Assembly (NCBI GenBank): GCA_963719235.1
Contig: CAVRBS010000014.1
Span: 283,588-347,587, forward strand
Direction: 5' to 3'
DNA length: 64,000 nucleotides
From: an uncultured Bacteroidales bacterium
GTDB lineage: Bacteria > Bacteroidota > Bacteroidia > Bacteroidales > VadinHA17
Shown: positions 1 to 11,905 of the stretch, piece by piece
How the letters are laid out: every line of letters starts with the position of its first letter
Position numbering within the stretch: position 1 is the stretch's first letter
Notes under the pieces: model-generated
Told to the model about the DNA's origin: nothing
What the model saw: only the letters and a program-made list of their open reading frames with translations
Database searches by the model: none
Translations under genes and position numbers: made by a program

Positions 1-199
1 AACCACCCGGCTTTCACCGTCAAAGACCTTTGAGATCATTTTCATCCGTGTTCTCAATGGTGAAGAGATTCTTTTTCTCCGAATTCTCACCTACAGCAAT
101 AATCACCTTGTCGAAAAGCATCAGCGCCCTTCTGACCAGAGCTTCATGACCTACTGTAAAAGGATCGAATGAACCGGGAAAAACAGCTGTCTTATTCAT
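1..199 (-). CDS. coaD: Pantetheine-phosphate adenylyltransferase, N-terminal part (runs off the window; apparent 1-nt insertion near position 52)
   Basis: Reverse strand from ATG at 199 reads MNKTAVFPGSFDPFTVGHEALVRRALMLFDKVIIAVGENSEKK, the PPAT signature GSFDPxTxGH; removing one base restores ...IETRMKMISKVF. Confidence 0.92.
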
Positions 200-216
200 G
201 ATGAACAGTTTATCGG

Positions 217-2679
217 TTAGTTGAAATCTATAACCCTGGCGTTGGCCACTTTCTGACTGAGCAGCACCTGGTTAATGACATCCATAATGGTGTCAACATA
301 ACTGAACTTCAGCCCGCGTACATACTTTTCATTGATCTCCTCAACATCCTTGCGGTTCAGTTCAGAAAGCACTATCTCCCGAATACCTGCCCGCTTGGCA
401 GCAAGCATCTTCTCCTTAATGCCGCCCACAGGCAGTACCTTACCCCGGAGTGTTATCTCACCCGTCATGGCCACATACTTTTTCACCTTTCGCTGCGTGA
501 AGGCAGAGGCAATGGAGACAGCCATTGTTATTCCTGCCGACGGGCCGTCCTTGGGAATGGCGCCCTCGGGAACATGGATGTGAATATTCCATTTCTCGGA
601 GAACGTGTCAGGGAGATCGAGCATCTGGGCATGAGCCTTGAGATATTCAAGAGCAATCACTGCAGATTCCTTCATCACATCTCCCAGGTTACCGGTCAGT
701 GTCAGGTTGCCTTTGCCCCTGCTGAGGCTTGTCTCCACAAACAGGATCTCACCTCCGGTTGCTGTCCATGCCAGTCCTGTCACCACTCCAGCCTGATCAT
801 TGCCGTCATAGATATCCTTGATATACTTTGGTGGTCCGAGAATTTCCATCACATCGGCACTTGTTATATTCTCTGCCGGGGTCTTGTTAAAAGCTATCTC
901 CCTGGCCCTGTGCCTGACCAGCTTGGCAATCCGTTTATCAAGCTCCCTGACCCCTGACTCGCGGGTATAGTTCTGGATGACCTCTTCAATGACCTGCTTT
1001 GACAGCGAGAATTGCGTGCTTTTAACACCGTGGGCTTCGAGCTGCTTGGGAATAAGGTGTTTTACAGCTATCTCCCTCTTCTCCTCCACAAGATAGCCCG
1101 ATATCTCTATAAGCTCCATCCTGTCGCGCAGGGCTGGACTGACAGTAGAAAGGGTATTTGCCGTCGCAATGAAGAGTACCTTCGACAGGTCATATTCCAT
1201 CTCGAGGAAATTATCATAGAAGTGTGTGTTCTGCTCCGGATCGAGCACCTCCAGGAGGGCTGAGGCCGGGTCACCCCTGAAATCCTGCCCTACCTTGTCA
1301 ACCTCATCAAGTATAAAGACAGGGTTGGAAGAGCCGGCGCGCCGTATATTCTGCACGACCCTGCCGGGCATGGCGCCTATATATGTCTTTCTGTGTCCCC
1401 TGATCTCCGCCTCATCATGCAATCCGCCCAGTGACATGCGGGCATACTTTCGTCCCAGCGCACGTGCAACTGATTTGCCAAGTGAGGTCTTGCCAACCCC
1501 CGGAGGGCCGTAAAGACAAAGGATAGGGGACTTCATGTCGCCTTTAAGCTTAAGTACCGCAAGATGCTCCAGCATTCTTTCCTTGACCTCCTCAAGCCCG
1601 TAGTGATCTTCATCAAGAACACGCTGTGCATTAACAAGATCAAGATTATCGGGAGTGTATTCATCCCACGGCAGCTCAAGCAACGTCTGTATATAATTTA
1701 CCTGCACCGAGTACTCTGCTGCCGCAGGATTAAGCCTTGAGAGCTTGTCGAGCTCGCGGTCGAACACTTTAGCCACATCCTGGTTCCAGAGTTTTTTTGT
1801 ACCCCTTAAGCGAAACTCCTCCACTTCCTTCTCAACAGGATTGCCTCCCAGTTCGTTCTGAATGGTCTTCATCTGCTGGTGAAGAAGGAACTCGCGCTGT
1901 TGCTGGTCTATCTCGTACTTGACCTTTGACTGCAGCTCGTTCTTCAGCTCCATGAGCTGTATCTCGCGCACAAGGTGCTCAAGCAGCCTCAGTCCGCGCT
2001 CTTTCAGATTAGATGCCTCGAGCAGTTTCTGCTTGTCGTTGACATTTATCTCGGTATTGGCGCAGATATAATTTATAAGATAGGTGCTGTTCTCAATGTT
2101 CCTGACTGCAAAAGAAGATTCGGGATTAATATTCGGGTTCAGCTTTACAATCTTCATCGAAAGGTCTTTCAGTGATCCGATGATCACCTCGAAGTCTTTT
2201 TCATCCTCGCCACCCTTTTTATCGGGAATGGCTTTCACCTGGGCTGTGAGGTATGGCTCCGTCTGCACTATATTAAGAACGGAGATGCGTCTGCGGCCCT
2301 GGATGATGGCAGTGGTAGTTCCGTCAGGCATCTCCAGCAGTTTTACTATCTGGCCAAGTGTGCCGACGACATTCAGGTCACGTATCTGCGGGTCATCAAT
2401 CTCCGCGTCAAGCTGGGCCACTGCAGCAACAAGCTTGTCACCGCGATAGGCGTCGCGTACAAGCTGCACGGACTTCTTGCGACCCACGGCAATTGGTATC
2501 ACCACTCCGGGAAACAGAACTGTGTTACGCAACGGCAGCAAAGGCACACTTCCCGGTATCTCCACCTCATCAAGCTCCTGATCATCGCCATCGGAAAGGA
2601 TGGGTATGATCTCCCTCCCTTCATCGATCAGCTCATGAAAACCGATACTCTCCCACTTTTTAAAATCACTTTTCTCCAT
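217..2679 (-). CDS. lon: ATP-dependent Lon protease
   Basis: [12 protein letters not shown]-domain, Walker [18 protein letters not shown] catalytic Ser, VGGIKEK. ORF extends to 2709; MEKSDF start at 2679 preferred. Confidence 0.97.
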   Translation of the reverse strand: MEKSDFKKWESIGFHELIDEGREIIPILSDGDDQELDEVEIPGSVPLLPLRNTVLFPGVVIPIAVGRKKSVQLVRDAYRGDKLVAAVAQLDAEIDDPQIRDLNVVGTLGQIVKLLEMPDGTTTAIIQGRRRISVLNIVQTEPYLTAQVKAIPDKKGGEDEKDFEVIIGSLKDLSMKIVKLNPNINPESSFAVRNIENSTYLINYICANTEINVNDKQKLLEASNLKERGLRLLEHLVREIQLMELKNELQSKVKYEIDQQQREFLLHQQMKTIQNELGGNPVEKEVEEFRLRGTKKLWNQDVAKVFDRELDKLSRLNPAAAEYSVQVNYIQTLLELPWDEYTPDNLDLVNAQRVLDEDHYGLEEVKERMLEHLAVLKLKGDMKSPILCLYGPPGVGKTSLGKSVARALGRKYARMSLGGLHDEAEIRGHRKTYIGAMPGRVVQNIRRAGSSNPVFILDEVDKVGQDFRGDPASALLEVLDPEQNTHFYDNFLEMEYDLSKVLFIATANTLSTVSPALRDRMELIEISGYLVEEKREIAVKHLIPKQLEAHGVKSTQFSLSKQVIEEVIQNYTRESGVRELDKRIAKLVRHRAREIAFNKTPAENITSADVMEILGPPKYIKDIYDGNDQAGVVTGLAWTATGGEILFVETSLSRGKGNLTLTGNLGDVMKESAVIALEYLKAHAQMLDLPDTFSEKWNIHIHVPEGAIPKDGPSAGITMAVSIASAFTQRKVKKYVAMTGEITLRGKVLPVGGIKEKMLAAKRAGIREIVLSELNRKDVEEINEKYVRGLKFSYVDTIMDVINQVLLSQKVANARVIDFN

Positions 2680-2729
2680 AAAAACTATAAACCATGCAAA
2701 ATTAGTCAAATAAAATTCACTGCCTATTC

Positions 2730-2758
2730 AAAAAAAAAGCTGCCTTCCCGGCAGCTTT
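2730..2758 (-). terminator. Rho-independent terminator after rpmE2
   Basis: AAAGCTGCC-ttccc-GGCAGCTTT hairpin preceded by an A-run on + (U-tract on -). Confidence 0.75.
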
Positions 2759-2776
2759 CATAAGTATGATTATCTT

Positions 2777-3043
2777 TTACTTCGTTTTCTTGTCAATGTG
2801 AGACTTATACCGGTTCATGTACTTATCAACCCTTCCTGCCGTGTCTACGAGTTTCATCTTGCCGGTATAGAACGGGTGGGAAGTATTTGAGATCTCAAGC
2901 TTGATTAGCGGATATTCCTTCCCGTCTTCCCATTTGATGGTATCACGTGACGAAGCCGTTGAACGCGTAATAAATGCAGTGCCGTTTGACATATCCTGAA
3001 ATACAACCAACCTGTAATTGCCCGGATGTATACCTTCTTTCAT
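2777..3043 (-). CDS. rpmE2: 50S ribosomal protein L31, type B (Zn-free)
   Basis: [17 protein letters not shown]...[21 protein letters not shown]; ATG at 3043; no Cys motifs. Confidence 0.96.
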   Translation of the reverse strand: MKEGIHPGNYRLVVFQDMSNGTAFITRSTASSRDTIKWEDGKEYPLIKLEISNTSHPFYTGKMKLVDTAGRVDKYMNRYKSHIDKKTK

Positions 3044-3092
3044 CTCCTGATATAATTTGTTTCTGATTAAAAAACCCTTTTCTAAGGGTTTG

Positions 3093-3100
3093 CAAAGATA
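3093..3100 (-). promoter_or_regulatory. Bacteroidota -7 promoter element of rpmE2
   Basis: TATCTTTG on - strand matches TAnnTTTG, about 50 bp upstream of the start. Confidence 0.6.
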
Positions 3101-3140
3101 ATGAACATTAAGAAAAATACAAAATGAGTGACAAAAATTT

Positions 3141-4349
3141 TCACGTTTTATGCCGGAGCTGCCGTGCAGCCTTATTTTCCTCGATCTCAAGCCTGTACAT
3201 TTTAAACGGTAGTTTATCATTTATCAAGTACCTGAATGTTATGTGGGTTTTTGCTTTCGATGCCCCCAGTGCTTTATAGATGGAAATCATTTTAGGATTG
3301 AAATCGCCTACCCATGAGAGCTCGAGCTCCTTATAAAAGGGTTTCCTGCGGAAGACATTGAAGAGCTGAAGGAAGATGGCCAATTCAATCCCGCTGTTCT
3401 GATAAGCGGGATTAACCCCGGCCACAAGGGCCCGCACGCGTGTCATCTTGTGAGTGTGTCTGAACCATACAAACCTTATCATGTTCCATGGCGTGAGCTT
3501 TCCGTTAAAGTATTTAGTGATCTGGTTCAGATCAGGAAAGATGACGAAGAAGGCTATCGGCTTGTCGTTGTGGTAGGCATACCATATCAGCTCTTCGTCG
3601 ATAAAGGCCTTTGCCTGCTTCAGCGTATTACGCAGCATCCCCTGATCGAGCGGTGTGAAGTCCTCCTTGAAGACTGACCAGGTTGCATTATAAACATCAA
3701 CCATATCAGCAATGAACTTGTCCTTCTGACTGTACTCGAAATGCCGGAAGCTGTGCCCCGGTCTTTGAGATACCCATTTTGCAATCTTCATGAACCGTTC
3801 AGGGAAAACCTCGATAGAAGCTAAATCCTTGTGATAGCTATACTGTTCAAAATAGGTTTTGAAACCGTAGTCCTCAAAGAAACGTCTGTAATATTGCTTA
3901 TTGTATGGCATCCCGAATCCCGGCTGGGTGAAGCCTTCAACCAGCAACCCCCAGTAATTGTCGTTCTCACCGAAGTTGATGGGGCCGTCCATTGCTTCCA
4001 TACCCCTGTCGGAAAGCCATTTGCGGGCTGTATCAAAGAGCATGAATGCCGCTTCCCCTGAATCGATGACCTCAAAGAAACCCAGGCCGCCGGTCGGCTG
4101 CCTGTTGGCCTTTGAACGTATCTCATCTATGAAAGCGGCCACCCTTCCGATGGTTCTATCGTTTTCGTCAGAGAGCAGCCAGCGTATGGCTTCTCCGCGT
4201 CTGAAAGCGATATTCCTTTCGGGGTCAAACACAGCCTCAACCTCACTGTCGAGAGGGCAAACCCAGTTGGGATCTCCCCTGTAAAGCCTTTTCGGAAATT
4301 CTGAAAACTCCTTCCTGTGGGCTTTTGTCGTCACTTCGACTGCTTTCAT
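3141..4349 (-). CDS. Conserved GNAT-fold protein (YghO-like)
   Basis: [44 protein letters not shown] and [12 protein letters not shown] motifs of this family. Confidence 0.7.
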   Translation of the reverse strand: MKAVEVTTKAHRKEFSEFPKRLYRGDPNWVCPLDSEVEAVFDPERNIAFRRGEAIRWLLSDENDRTIGRVAAFIDEIRSKANRQPTGGLGFFEVIDSGEAAFMLFDTARKWLSDRGMEAMDGPINFGENDNYWGLLVEGFTQPGFGMPYNKQYYRRFFEDYGFKTYFEQYSYHKDLASIEVFPERFMKIAKWVSQRPGHSFRHFEYSQKDKFIADMVDVYNATWSVFKEDFTPLDQGMLRNTLKQAKAFIDEELIWYAYHNDKPIAFFVIFPDLNQITKYFNGKLTPWNMIRFVWFRHTHKMTRVRALVAGVNPAYQNSGIELAIFLQLFNVFRRKPFYKELELSWVGDFNPKMISIYKALGASKAKTHITFRYLINDKLPFKMYRLEIEENKAARQLRHKT

Positions 4350-4455
4350 CTTTTCAGTGCTGTTGTATAAACTCAGGCCCCGGGAGCCAGCTGTGATAAA
4401 ATCTAGGCCTCAAATATAATTCTTTTTGACTTCGTTGGCAGTGAGGGCAGTCTGG

Positions 4456-5802
4456 CTAATGGAAGTCGATGATCCTGTGATCGACCAGGACAAAAAGAAT
4501 TACCAGGACGGCGGAATAGATAAGCCATTTAACAACAGGAATATAATCTGTAGGTTTGATCTTCATTTTTTTCCATACATACCATATAAGGAAGATCTTT
4601 TCAAGTGAATAGACGATGAAGGTTGCCAGTGCAACGCCTACCACGCCGTAGGGTTTAATAAGAAAGAGGCTGAGGGGAATATTAATTGCTATCTCGATTG
4701 AAGCGGCGATGAGGGTAATATTAGTTTTTTTCCGGCCGATGATGATTGTTTGTGGAAAGACCAGCCTGGGGATTATTAGCAGAAGGTATATCATGAAGAC
4801 ATCCGCGCTGCGTCTGAATTCGGTGGTAAAGAGGCGGGGGAAGACCCAGCGTGCCACAAGCATGGTCACCATGGATACCGGAAAAAGGTAGTGCATCAGT
4901 TTTTCCGATTTGGCCCGCAGGGTGACAAGGGCTTCTTTCATCCCCTCCCTGGTCCCGAAACGTGGCAGGAGGGCATTGCTGAGACCGTTGGCGAGCAGAA
5001 GCACCAGGGGAAACTCCTTCGCACCGTAACGGTACATTGCAAAGACGCCGGGGTCCTCATAACGGGCCGAGATGATGATACCGTCAACATACTGGGCTGA
5101 GCCGCTGATCAGGAAAGTCACAATGAGCGGCATGCCCACCCGAAGCTGTTCCCGTATAAAGTCAAATGACACCTTCATTAAAGTGTATCGCCTGAGCAGG
5201 ATGATAAGCCATATCCACCTCATCAGCGTAATGGCAAACAGGCCGTAGATGGCGCTCTTCTCATCAAAGCCTGCAATCACTGGTGAGAGAACGAACAGCA
5301 GCTGGGCTAAATAGGTATAAATTCCGTACTGTAAAATACGGTGAGGCCTGTTGTTAAGAAGATATATGTATTCTATAAGAGCGACTGGATTGCTGAACAG
5401 GATATACAACAGAAGAAGGTTGGCGTACGGGATTTCCCGCTTCAGGTCCATTGTGCCGAGTACGTTCTTGAGAAGTATACCCATGACGAAAACAAGAAAG
5501 GAGAAGAATAGTATCAGGAGGAAAGCATTGAAGATCTCCGGCGATTTTCTTCCCTCAGTCTCTCCGGTTACACGGAATGTCCAGTTCCGGTTATAAAGCG
5601 TGAGCAGCGACTGAATTATTCCGGAGACCCAGAAGAAGCTCACCAGGCTGGAGATGAAAAGGAACAGCTCCCATGTTCCTATCTGTGGCCTCGACAGATG
5701 GCTCTTTGTAAAAACGACGCTGATGATCAGGAAGGTGGTAAATCTGAGCAGTTGCACGGACTGCAATCCTGAAATATTGTCTATGAACTTAAACCTTGCC
5801 AA
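4456..5802 (-). CDS. Polysaccharide biosynthesis / MATE-like flippase family membrane protein
   Basis: About 12 hydrophobic segments; C-terminal NIPLSLFLIKPYGVVGVALAT flippase motif; TTG start. Confidence 0.7.
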   Translation of the reverse strand: MARFKFIDNISGLQSVQLLRFTTFLIISVVFTKSHLSRPQIGTWELFLFISSLVSFFWVSGIIQSLLTLYNRNWTFRVTGETEGRKSPEIFNAFLLILFFSFLVFVMGILLKNVLGTMDLKREIPYANLLLLYILFSNPVALIEYIYLLNNRPHRILQYGIYTYLAQLLFVLSPVIAGFDEKSAIYGLFAITLMRWIWLIILLRRYTLMKVSFDFIREQLRVGMPLIVTFLISGSAQYVDGIIISARYEDPGVFAMYRYGAKEFPLVLLLANGLSNALLPRFGTREGMKEALVTLRAKSEKLMHYLFPVSMVTMLVARWVFPRLFTTEFRRSADVFMIYLLLIIPRLVFPQTIIIGRKKTNITLIAASIEIAINIPLSLFLIKPYGVVGVALATFIVYSLEKIFLIWYVWKKMKIKPTDYIPVVKWLIYSAVLVILFVLVDHRIIDFH

Positions 5803-5959
5803 TCTTGACAGAAATTGAAACAGGAACGCTGAAGGGTTTCAATAATTGCTCCATTTGCTTTCCCGGCGACTAAGATACGATTTGGGATGTATGAATGACA
5901 AAATGAGGACAAAAATTTGCAGAATGGGATTTTTGCTGTTTCTTTGCAATCCGTAAAAC

Positions 5960-6034
5960 GGTGGTTGTAGCTCAGTTGGTTAGAGCGCCAGATTGTGGAT
6001 CTGGAGGTCGCCGGTTCGAACCCGGTCTTCCACC
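5960..6034 (+). tRNA. tRNA-His (GTG)
   Basis: D arm GCTCAGTTGGTTAGAGC, anticodon arm CCAGA-TTGTGGA-TCTGG, T arm GCCGG-TTCGAAC-CCGGT, G-1:C73 pair; CCA not encoded. Confidence 0.95.
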
Positions 6035-6210
6035 CAAACAGTAAAGGCTGTCCGTGAACACGGTCAGCCTTGTTTTTTTGGAAAGTATAAAGCTTGCTTT
6101 AGACTTATTTAAAAAAATAAGGATGAAGATGCCGCAGGCATCACAGCCTTTGCTGTATGAGGTTCCTCTTTCCGGCTCGCCACCCGAGCACAGCGAGGGT
6201 GGCAACCCGG
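6035..6210 (+). repeat. tRNA-linked structured element (terminator-like hairpin, AAAGCTTGCTTT, terminal hairpin, partial tRNA 3' duplication)
   Basis: Hairpin 6044-6071; AAAGCTTGCTTT 6089-6100; GCCACCC...GGGTGGC 6179-6203; AACCCGG 6204-6210 repeats tRNA 6019-6025; same layout as the element after tRNA-Pro. Confidence 0.6.
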
Positions 6211-6306
6211 CATAAAGTAAAAAAAATGTGCTTTCAGGCGTTTGTTATTCTTAAAATAATTTTTTGTATATTGCCACACTTAATTTTTAACCTAAATCTA
6301 AGTCTT

Positions 6307-9300
6307 ATGAAGAAACTATTTCTGTTCTTTGTTTTGTTTGTGTTAGCGGGTGCAAGCACTCTGTGGGCGCAGACAAAAGTCATTACAGGTACGGTAACAT
6401 CCGCCACGGAGGGGGAAGGTACGATTCCAAGCGTATCCGTGTTCGTCAAGGGCACAACCGTAGCGACATCAACCGATGCTAACGGCAGGTATTCATTGAA
6501 TGTTCCTGAAAATGCAACAACCCTCGTTTTCTCCTTTATCGGGATGAAAGAGCAGGAGATTGAGATTGCAGGGCGTTCAGTGATAGACTGTATTATGCTG
6601 AGTCAGATGTGGTTGGATCTGAATGAGGTTATTGTAACCGCTCTCGGTATTAAAAGAGAGAAAAGGGAAATAACCTATCAGACACAGAAAGTTGACAATG
6701 CTGAACTTGCAGTTGCTCAGCCGACAAGAGCCGGTAGCGCACTGGCTGGTAAAGTAGCAGGACTGCAGATCAACGTTCAGGATAACGGTGTTAACCCTTC
6801 AACACAGATCATCTTAAGAGGTACTAAGGTCAATATCATGCTGACAACCAGGCACTGATTGTTATCGACGGTGCTATTGCATCACTTGGAGCTTTCGATG
6901 ACCTGAACCCTAACGACATTGCTGACATAAGCATCCTGAAAGGCGCAACCGCTGCAGCACTGTATGGGTCAAAGGCAAGTAACGGTGCAGTACTTGTTAC
7001 AACAAAGAAAGGTACAGGCAGGTCAGAAATTCACGGTAGGTCTGAATTCTCCACATACACGGCTGAGAAGGTGGCTTATATGCCTAAATTCCAGACTGAA
7101 TACGGAACAGGATGGGAAGGCGCTTATGACGCTATTGAAAATACCAACTGGGGTCCGCGTTTTGACGGAACCATGCGCCAGATAGGCCCGACATTCCCTG
7201 ACGGATCATTCCAGGAAGTGCCTTACGCTCCTGTTAAGGATAACCTGCTTGATTTCTTCAATACAGGTAATAACCTATAACAATACTGTATATGTTAGCG
7301 GAAGCAATGAAACCAGCAAGTTTTATCTTTCATGTAGGTGACCAGAGAGTCAACAGGTATTGTTCCAAAAGACACTTACCAGAGAAATACATTCAGGGTC
7401 AACGCCAGCAAGAAAATGGGTGATGTTGAACTTTCTGTTAACTCAAGTTTCTTCACTGATGAGACCGATCAGGTCGGAAATACGATTGGAGATCAGGACA
7501 GAACATTGTACTGGTTCCTGTTGAATACATCTGCAAATATTCCATTATCAAAGTTACTAGGGACTGGAGGAATAGATAAATATGCAGAACCGAGCGGTTA
7601 TTATAATGGTTATTATGAGAACCCTTATTACTGCGTTGACACAAACAGGAATGACATGGATTACAAACAGGCTGAATGCCAACGTCCAGGCATCATGGGA
7701 TATCCTCGACTGGCTTAACTTAACAGCCAGGGCAGCTGCGAACAACGTCATGGGGTAACGGTAAAAACTGGCGTGCACGCCTATGAATTCGATACTGAGA
7801 TCAAACCGACAGGAAGTGCTATTTCTTCATTTGTTGAAGATACTGAATTCCAGGCAAGCTGATTATGTAGGAGATGTGCTCTTATCATCGGAATTTGAAA
7901 TTTCAGTGATCATTTCACCTTGAAGGCTATCGTGGGCGGTACCAGTTATGGCTCATATGACTACAGGTACAGCTACATCAGGGCCAACAACTTGAGTATT
8001 CCCTGATTTTTATGATATATCAAATGGAACAGGAAGCCCGAAAGTCAACTGCTGATGCATCAGACAGAACAGGTACAACTTTGGTTTCTTTGGTGATTTT
8101 ACCTTGGGATATAACAACTTTATATTCCTGAACTTTTCCGGAAGAAATGACTGGACATCAACACTTGCACAAGGTAACAACAGCTATTTCTACCCATCGG
8201 ATTGGATTATCATTTGTTGCTCACAGATGCATTTGATGCTCTGAAAAACAATGATATCCTTTCATTTGCAAAGCTTACTGTAAGTAATTCGACAGTGTAT
8301 AACGACCTCTGAGCCTTACAGGCTTAATGAGACATACTTCAAGCATGCATCACTTCCCGTATGGGCAGTATAAACGGGTTTCGTTCTCAGCGGCACTACA
8401 GTTGATGCTAATATTAAGAAGGAAAAACTCAATACGACTGAATTAGGAGTTAAACCTCGGATTTCTTGAAGTCAAGAATTATCACTTGATGCTTCTTACT
8501 TTATGACCAAAACAACTGACCTTATTACCAATACAACTCCTTCAATTACCTCAGCAGCAACAGCATTCCTTACAAACATCGGTGAATTGCAAGGGCAAAG
8601 GATTTGAATTGACACTTGGAGGTACAGTAATTAAGGCAAAAAATTTTAGCTGGGATCTGAGCGTTAACTATACAACCAATGAGACCATAGTTATAGGAGA
8701 TTAAAGAAGGTCTTGGATGAGATCGCTCTTATCCGGCTACAGGCGGTCAATAGGGTGTCTTATGCAATTAAAGGATATAGCTTTCCCGCAGATAAAAGCA
8801 AATACTTATATCAGGGATCCTCAGGGAAGGATTGTTATTGATCCTGCAAGAGGATTTCCGCGGGAAGAATGCAGCACTTTAACCGCTTGGAAAAACAATG
8901 CCGGACTATATCGTTGGTCTGAATACGTGCATTGAAATTCTATAGGATTTACATTATCAGCGACAGTTGATTACAGAACAGGCCATGTATTCTATGCACA
9001 GGGATCTGATAAAATGGAATTCACCGGGAGATCAATGGAAAGTCGGTTTCAGCAAACAGGCAGGATTTTGTAATTCCAAACTCAGTGATTGAAACCAGCT
9101 GACGGTGTATATGTTGAGAACACAAACATTCCGGTTTCCGGAGGACGCCAGAGCTACTGGACCGATGTTTACAATAATGTTAAGGAAAACTATGTACAAG
9201 GATGCCACAGCATTTAAGATAAGGGAGCTGGCATTGAATTACACTCTGCCATGCAAATATTCTAAACAAAACACCTCTTCAGTAAAGTGTACTGTTGGTT

Positions 9301-9460
9301 TTATCGCAAGGAACCTTTTTACACTGATTACCTGCAGAAAATGCTTTCTCTGACCCTGAATTTAATAACACTACTAATAACAACGCTATTGGTATTGGCG
9401 GTTATTTCCAGATCGCCTCCGACCAAATCGTTTGGTGTGAACATAAACATAGAATTTTAA
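6307..9460 (+). CDS. SusC/RagA TonB-dependent outer-membrane transporter (many frameshifts, probably sequencing errors)
   Basis: MKKLFLFF signal, ITGTVT..., LVFSFIGM, EVIVTALGIKREK, LKGATAAALYGSKA, FKIRELALNY, terminal SFGVNINIEF-stop at 9460; fragments lie in different frames. Confidence 0.9.
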
Positions 9461-9473
9461 AACAGATTAAAAT

Positions 9474-10991
9474 ATGAAAAATATTATAAAATTCGCAATA
9501 TTGCTGGTGGTCTTCGGACTGTCAGCTGCATCATGTGAAGATTATCTGGATGTGAATATCGATCCGAATAATCCGACCTCAGTAACACCCGATCTTGTTC
9601 TGCCTGTTGCGCAGTTATTATACTGCACACAGATAATCAGTCTAACAGAGGATTGAATCACCTTGGAAACATGTTTATGGTACAACTGGAGCCAGAGTGA
9701 TGGTTATGTCATGGTATCCCGATGAATTTAAATATAATGTGACCTCATCATTTTACGACGGATATATTTCAACAATTCTTATTCCAATAGCTCTTAAACA
9801 GTATGCAGTTCTTGATAATCTTGAAGACAGCAAATATGACTATTATAAGGCAATCGCTAAGATAATGAAAGCATTTCATTTCCAGTTACTGGTTGACTGC
9901 TACGGAGATATTCCTATACTCTGAAGCTTTGGGCAGAAGCCTCTGAGGCTACACCGAAATACGATGATGCACAGACGATTTATGAAGATCTTATCGTTCA
10001 GCTGACAGATGCAATTGCTCTTATTAAAGATGCTGCTGACCAGATGTAGTAATCCGGGTGCTGATGATGCTATGTTCGGTGGAGATATGGATGAATGGAT
10101 CAAGTTTGCCAATACCCTGAAACTAAGAATACTGGTCCGCCAGTCAGATATGGACCGGAAGAAATTCTTATATTACAACGGAAATTGGATGCTAATTAAT
10201 ACTGAAGGTTCAGGTTATATAACAACTGATGTTGGCATTAATCCTGGTTTCATTGCCAGAGAAAGCAGGTAAACAGAACCTTATATGGGATGCTCTTGGT
10301 TGGGATGCCTCAGGTACACAGACAATGTCAAGCAAAGCAACTTGTGCTACTGATTATATAATTGATTATCTGACTTAAACCAACGACCCGAGGATTAGAT
10401 TACATTTATGAAAAACCTTCTACAGGTCATCTTGGTGTTCCTCAGGGTTTACTTGACTATGACACGCCAGTCGTTGATGCATTATATGCCTGAAAAAGTT
10501 TCCAATATAGGCCCCGGCATCCTTCAAGGCAGCTGATCATGGATGCAATAATCTTCTACACTTGCTGAAAGCTATTTCAACCAGGCTGAAGCCAGGCTGA
10601 AAGGTTTAATAACCACAGGACCCAGCGTCAAGGAACTATATCAGAGCGGAATCACGGCTTCGTTCGAATACCTCGGACTTGATGCCGCTGATGCAGAAAC
10701 CTATTATTCACAAGTTCAGAATCTTGTTAACTATGATAACTCATCCAACAAACTGAAGGCTATCATCACCCAGAAATGGATTGCTGTTAACGGTATCACT
10801 GCTGAACAGTCATGGTTCGATTACAGCAGGACCGGATACCCCAGTCGGATCTTCCAATTCCGCTTAATTACTCCGGATCAGCTGACAGACCGGTAAGATT
10901 ATTTTATCCTTCAGGTGAATATTCAGCAAACGGAGATAACGTGCCAACTCAGCCAAATGCCTTTTCAGCTAAGATATTCTGGGCGAATTAA
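9474..10991 (+). CDS. SusD/RagB nutrient-binding lipoprotein (frameshifted)
   Basis: Lipobox AASC-EDYLDVNIDPNNP, LVDCYGDIP, WIKFANTLKLR, IITQKWIA, WFDYSRTGYP, terminal FWAN-stop. Confidence 0.9.
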
Positions 10992-11009
10992 TCTAAAACA
11001 GAAATAACT

Positions 11010-11875
11010 ATGAAAACATTAAAATATATTTTGATGATTATCTTAAGCCTGGGTGCATTCAACTCCTGTTTGGTTGACGATACAACCAATTATGACGCAT
11101 AATGGTGAAGGACCAAACCTTGCAGGCTTTACCGATCCAAGAACTTCGTTTGGAATTGACCGCAGATGGAAATGAATACGACTTTACTGTCAAGATGAGG
11201 CTTATAGGTCCCACATCTATGGATATGACAAACGACATTGTAGTCACTATTGGTGCTGATGCATCATCGACAGCAATAGAAGGAACTCATTTCAGACTCG
11301 ATCAGCCGACAATTACGCTGAAAAAGAGTGAGAACTATCTGGGAATTTTTCCAGTTACCATTCTTACAGAGGGGATTGTAGCTCCTCTGGCCAAGTCTCC
11401 TAAACTGGTCCTTAAAGTTGTAAGTGCGACAGGTGACCCGAAAGTACTTAACAACGGAAAGAATATGGAGATCACTCTTAACTACGGTTGCTTCTCCAAC
11501 CTGGCAGGTGAATATGATGTACATCAAGTCATTACACGGTCAATAAGCGGTGCCGTAACAGAGTATGACTGGACTGAAACTATCACCCAGACAGGTGTTG
11601 GTGAATATCGTACGACAATTGTAGCTTATGATGGTTATGTTAACCCGGCTCCTGCAGGTGGCACTGACGGATTTACCTTCCTTGATGTTTGCAACGTAAT
11701 TACAGTTCCTCAGCAGAATCTGGTCGACTATTACAGTAATCAGGTTTATGGTAACCTCCCGGGTTCAGTTGATCCCGCCACTGGAATTATAACTATTTAA
11801 TATACAGTTGAAACCGCTGCCGCTGCCGGGTTCCGTGTCTGTGTTTCGACCTATACACCAGCTGGAAAGAAGTAG
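11010..11875 (+). CDS. SusCD-associated surface lipoprotein (frameshift near 11100; in-frame TAA at 11798)
   Basis: MKTLKYILMIILSLGAFNSC lipoprotein signal at 11010; body is ORF 11102-11800; frame continues past the TAA as YTVETAAAAGFRVCVSTYTPAGKK-stop. Confidence 0.7.
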
Positions 11876-11905
11876 ATCATAAACATTGGATAAAATTTAA
11901 ATATT

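Noticed and set aside
2777-3043. Zn-free L31 as a sign of zinc-starvation adaptation
   Set aside because: Type B L31 is the usual form in Bacteroidota and no Zur-like context is visible
3044-3220. N-terminal extension of L31 in the ORF track (147 aa)
   Set aside because: The extension overlaps the upstream gene and the TATCTTTG promoter; the L31 sequence starts at MKEGIHP (3043)
6307-10991. SusC/SusD as true pseudogenes or phase-variable/programmed-frameshift genes
   Set aside because: Breaks are numerous, mostly not in long homopolymers or slippery sites, and similar breaks hit essential coaD; sequencing error is more parsimonious
11798-11800. In-frame stop as selenocysteine, pyrrolysine or recoding
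   Set aside because: The codon is TAA, it lies in an error-rich region, and TAA terminates many genes in the window
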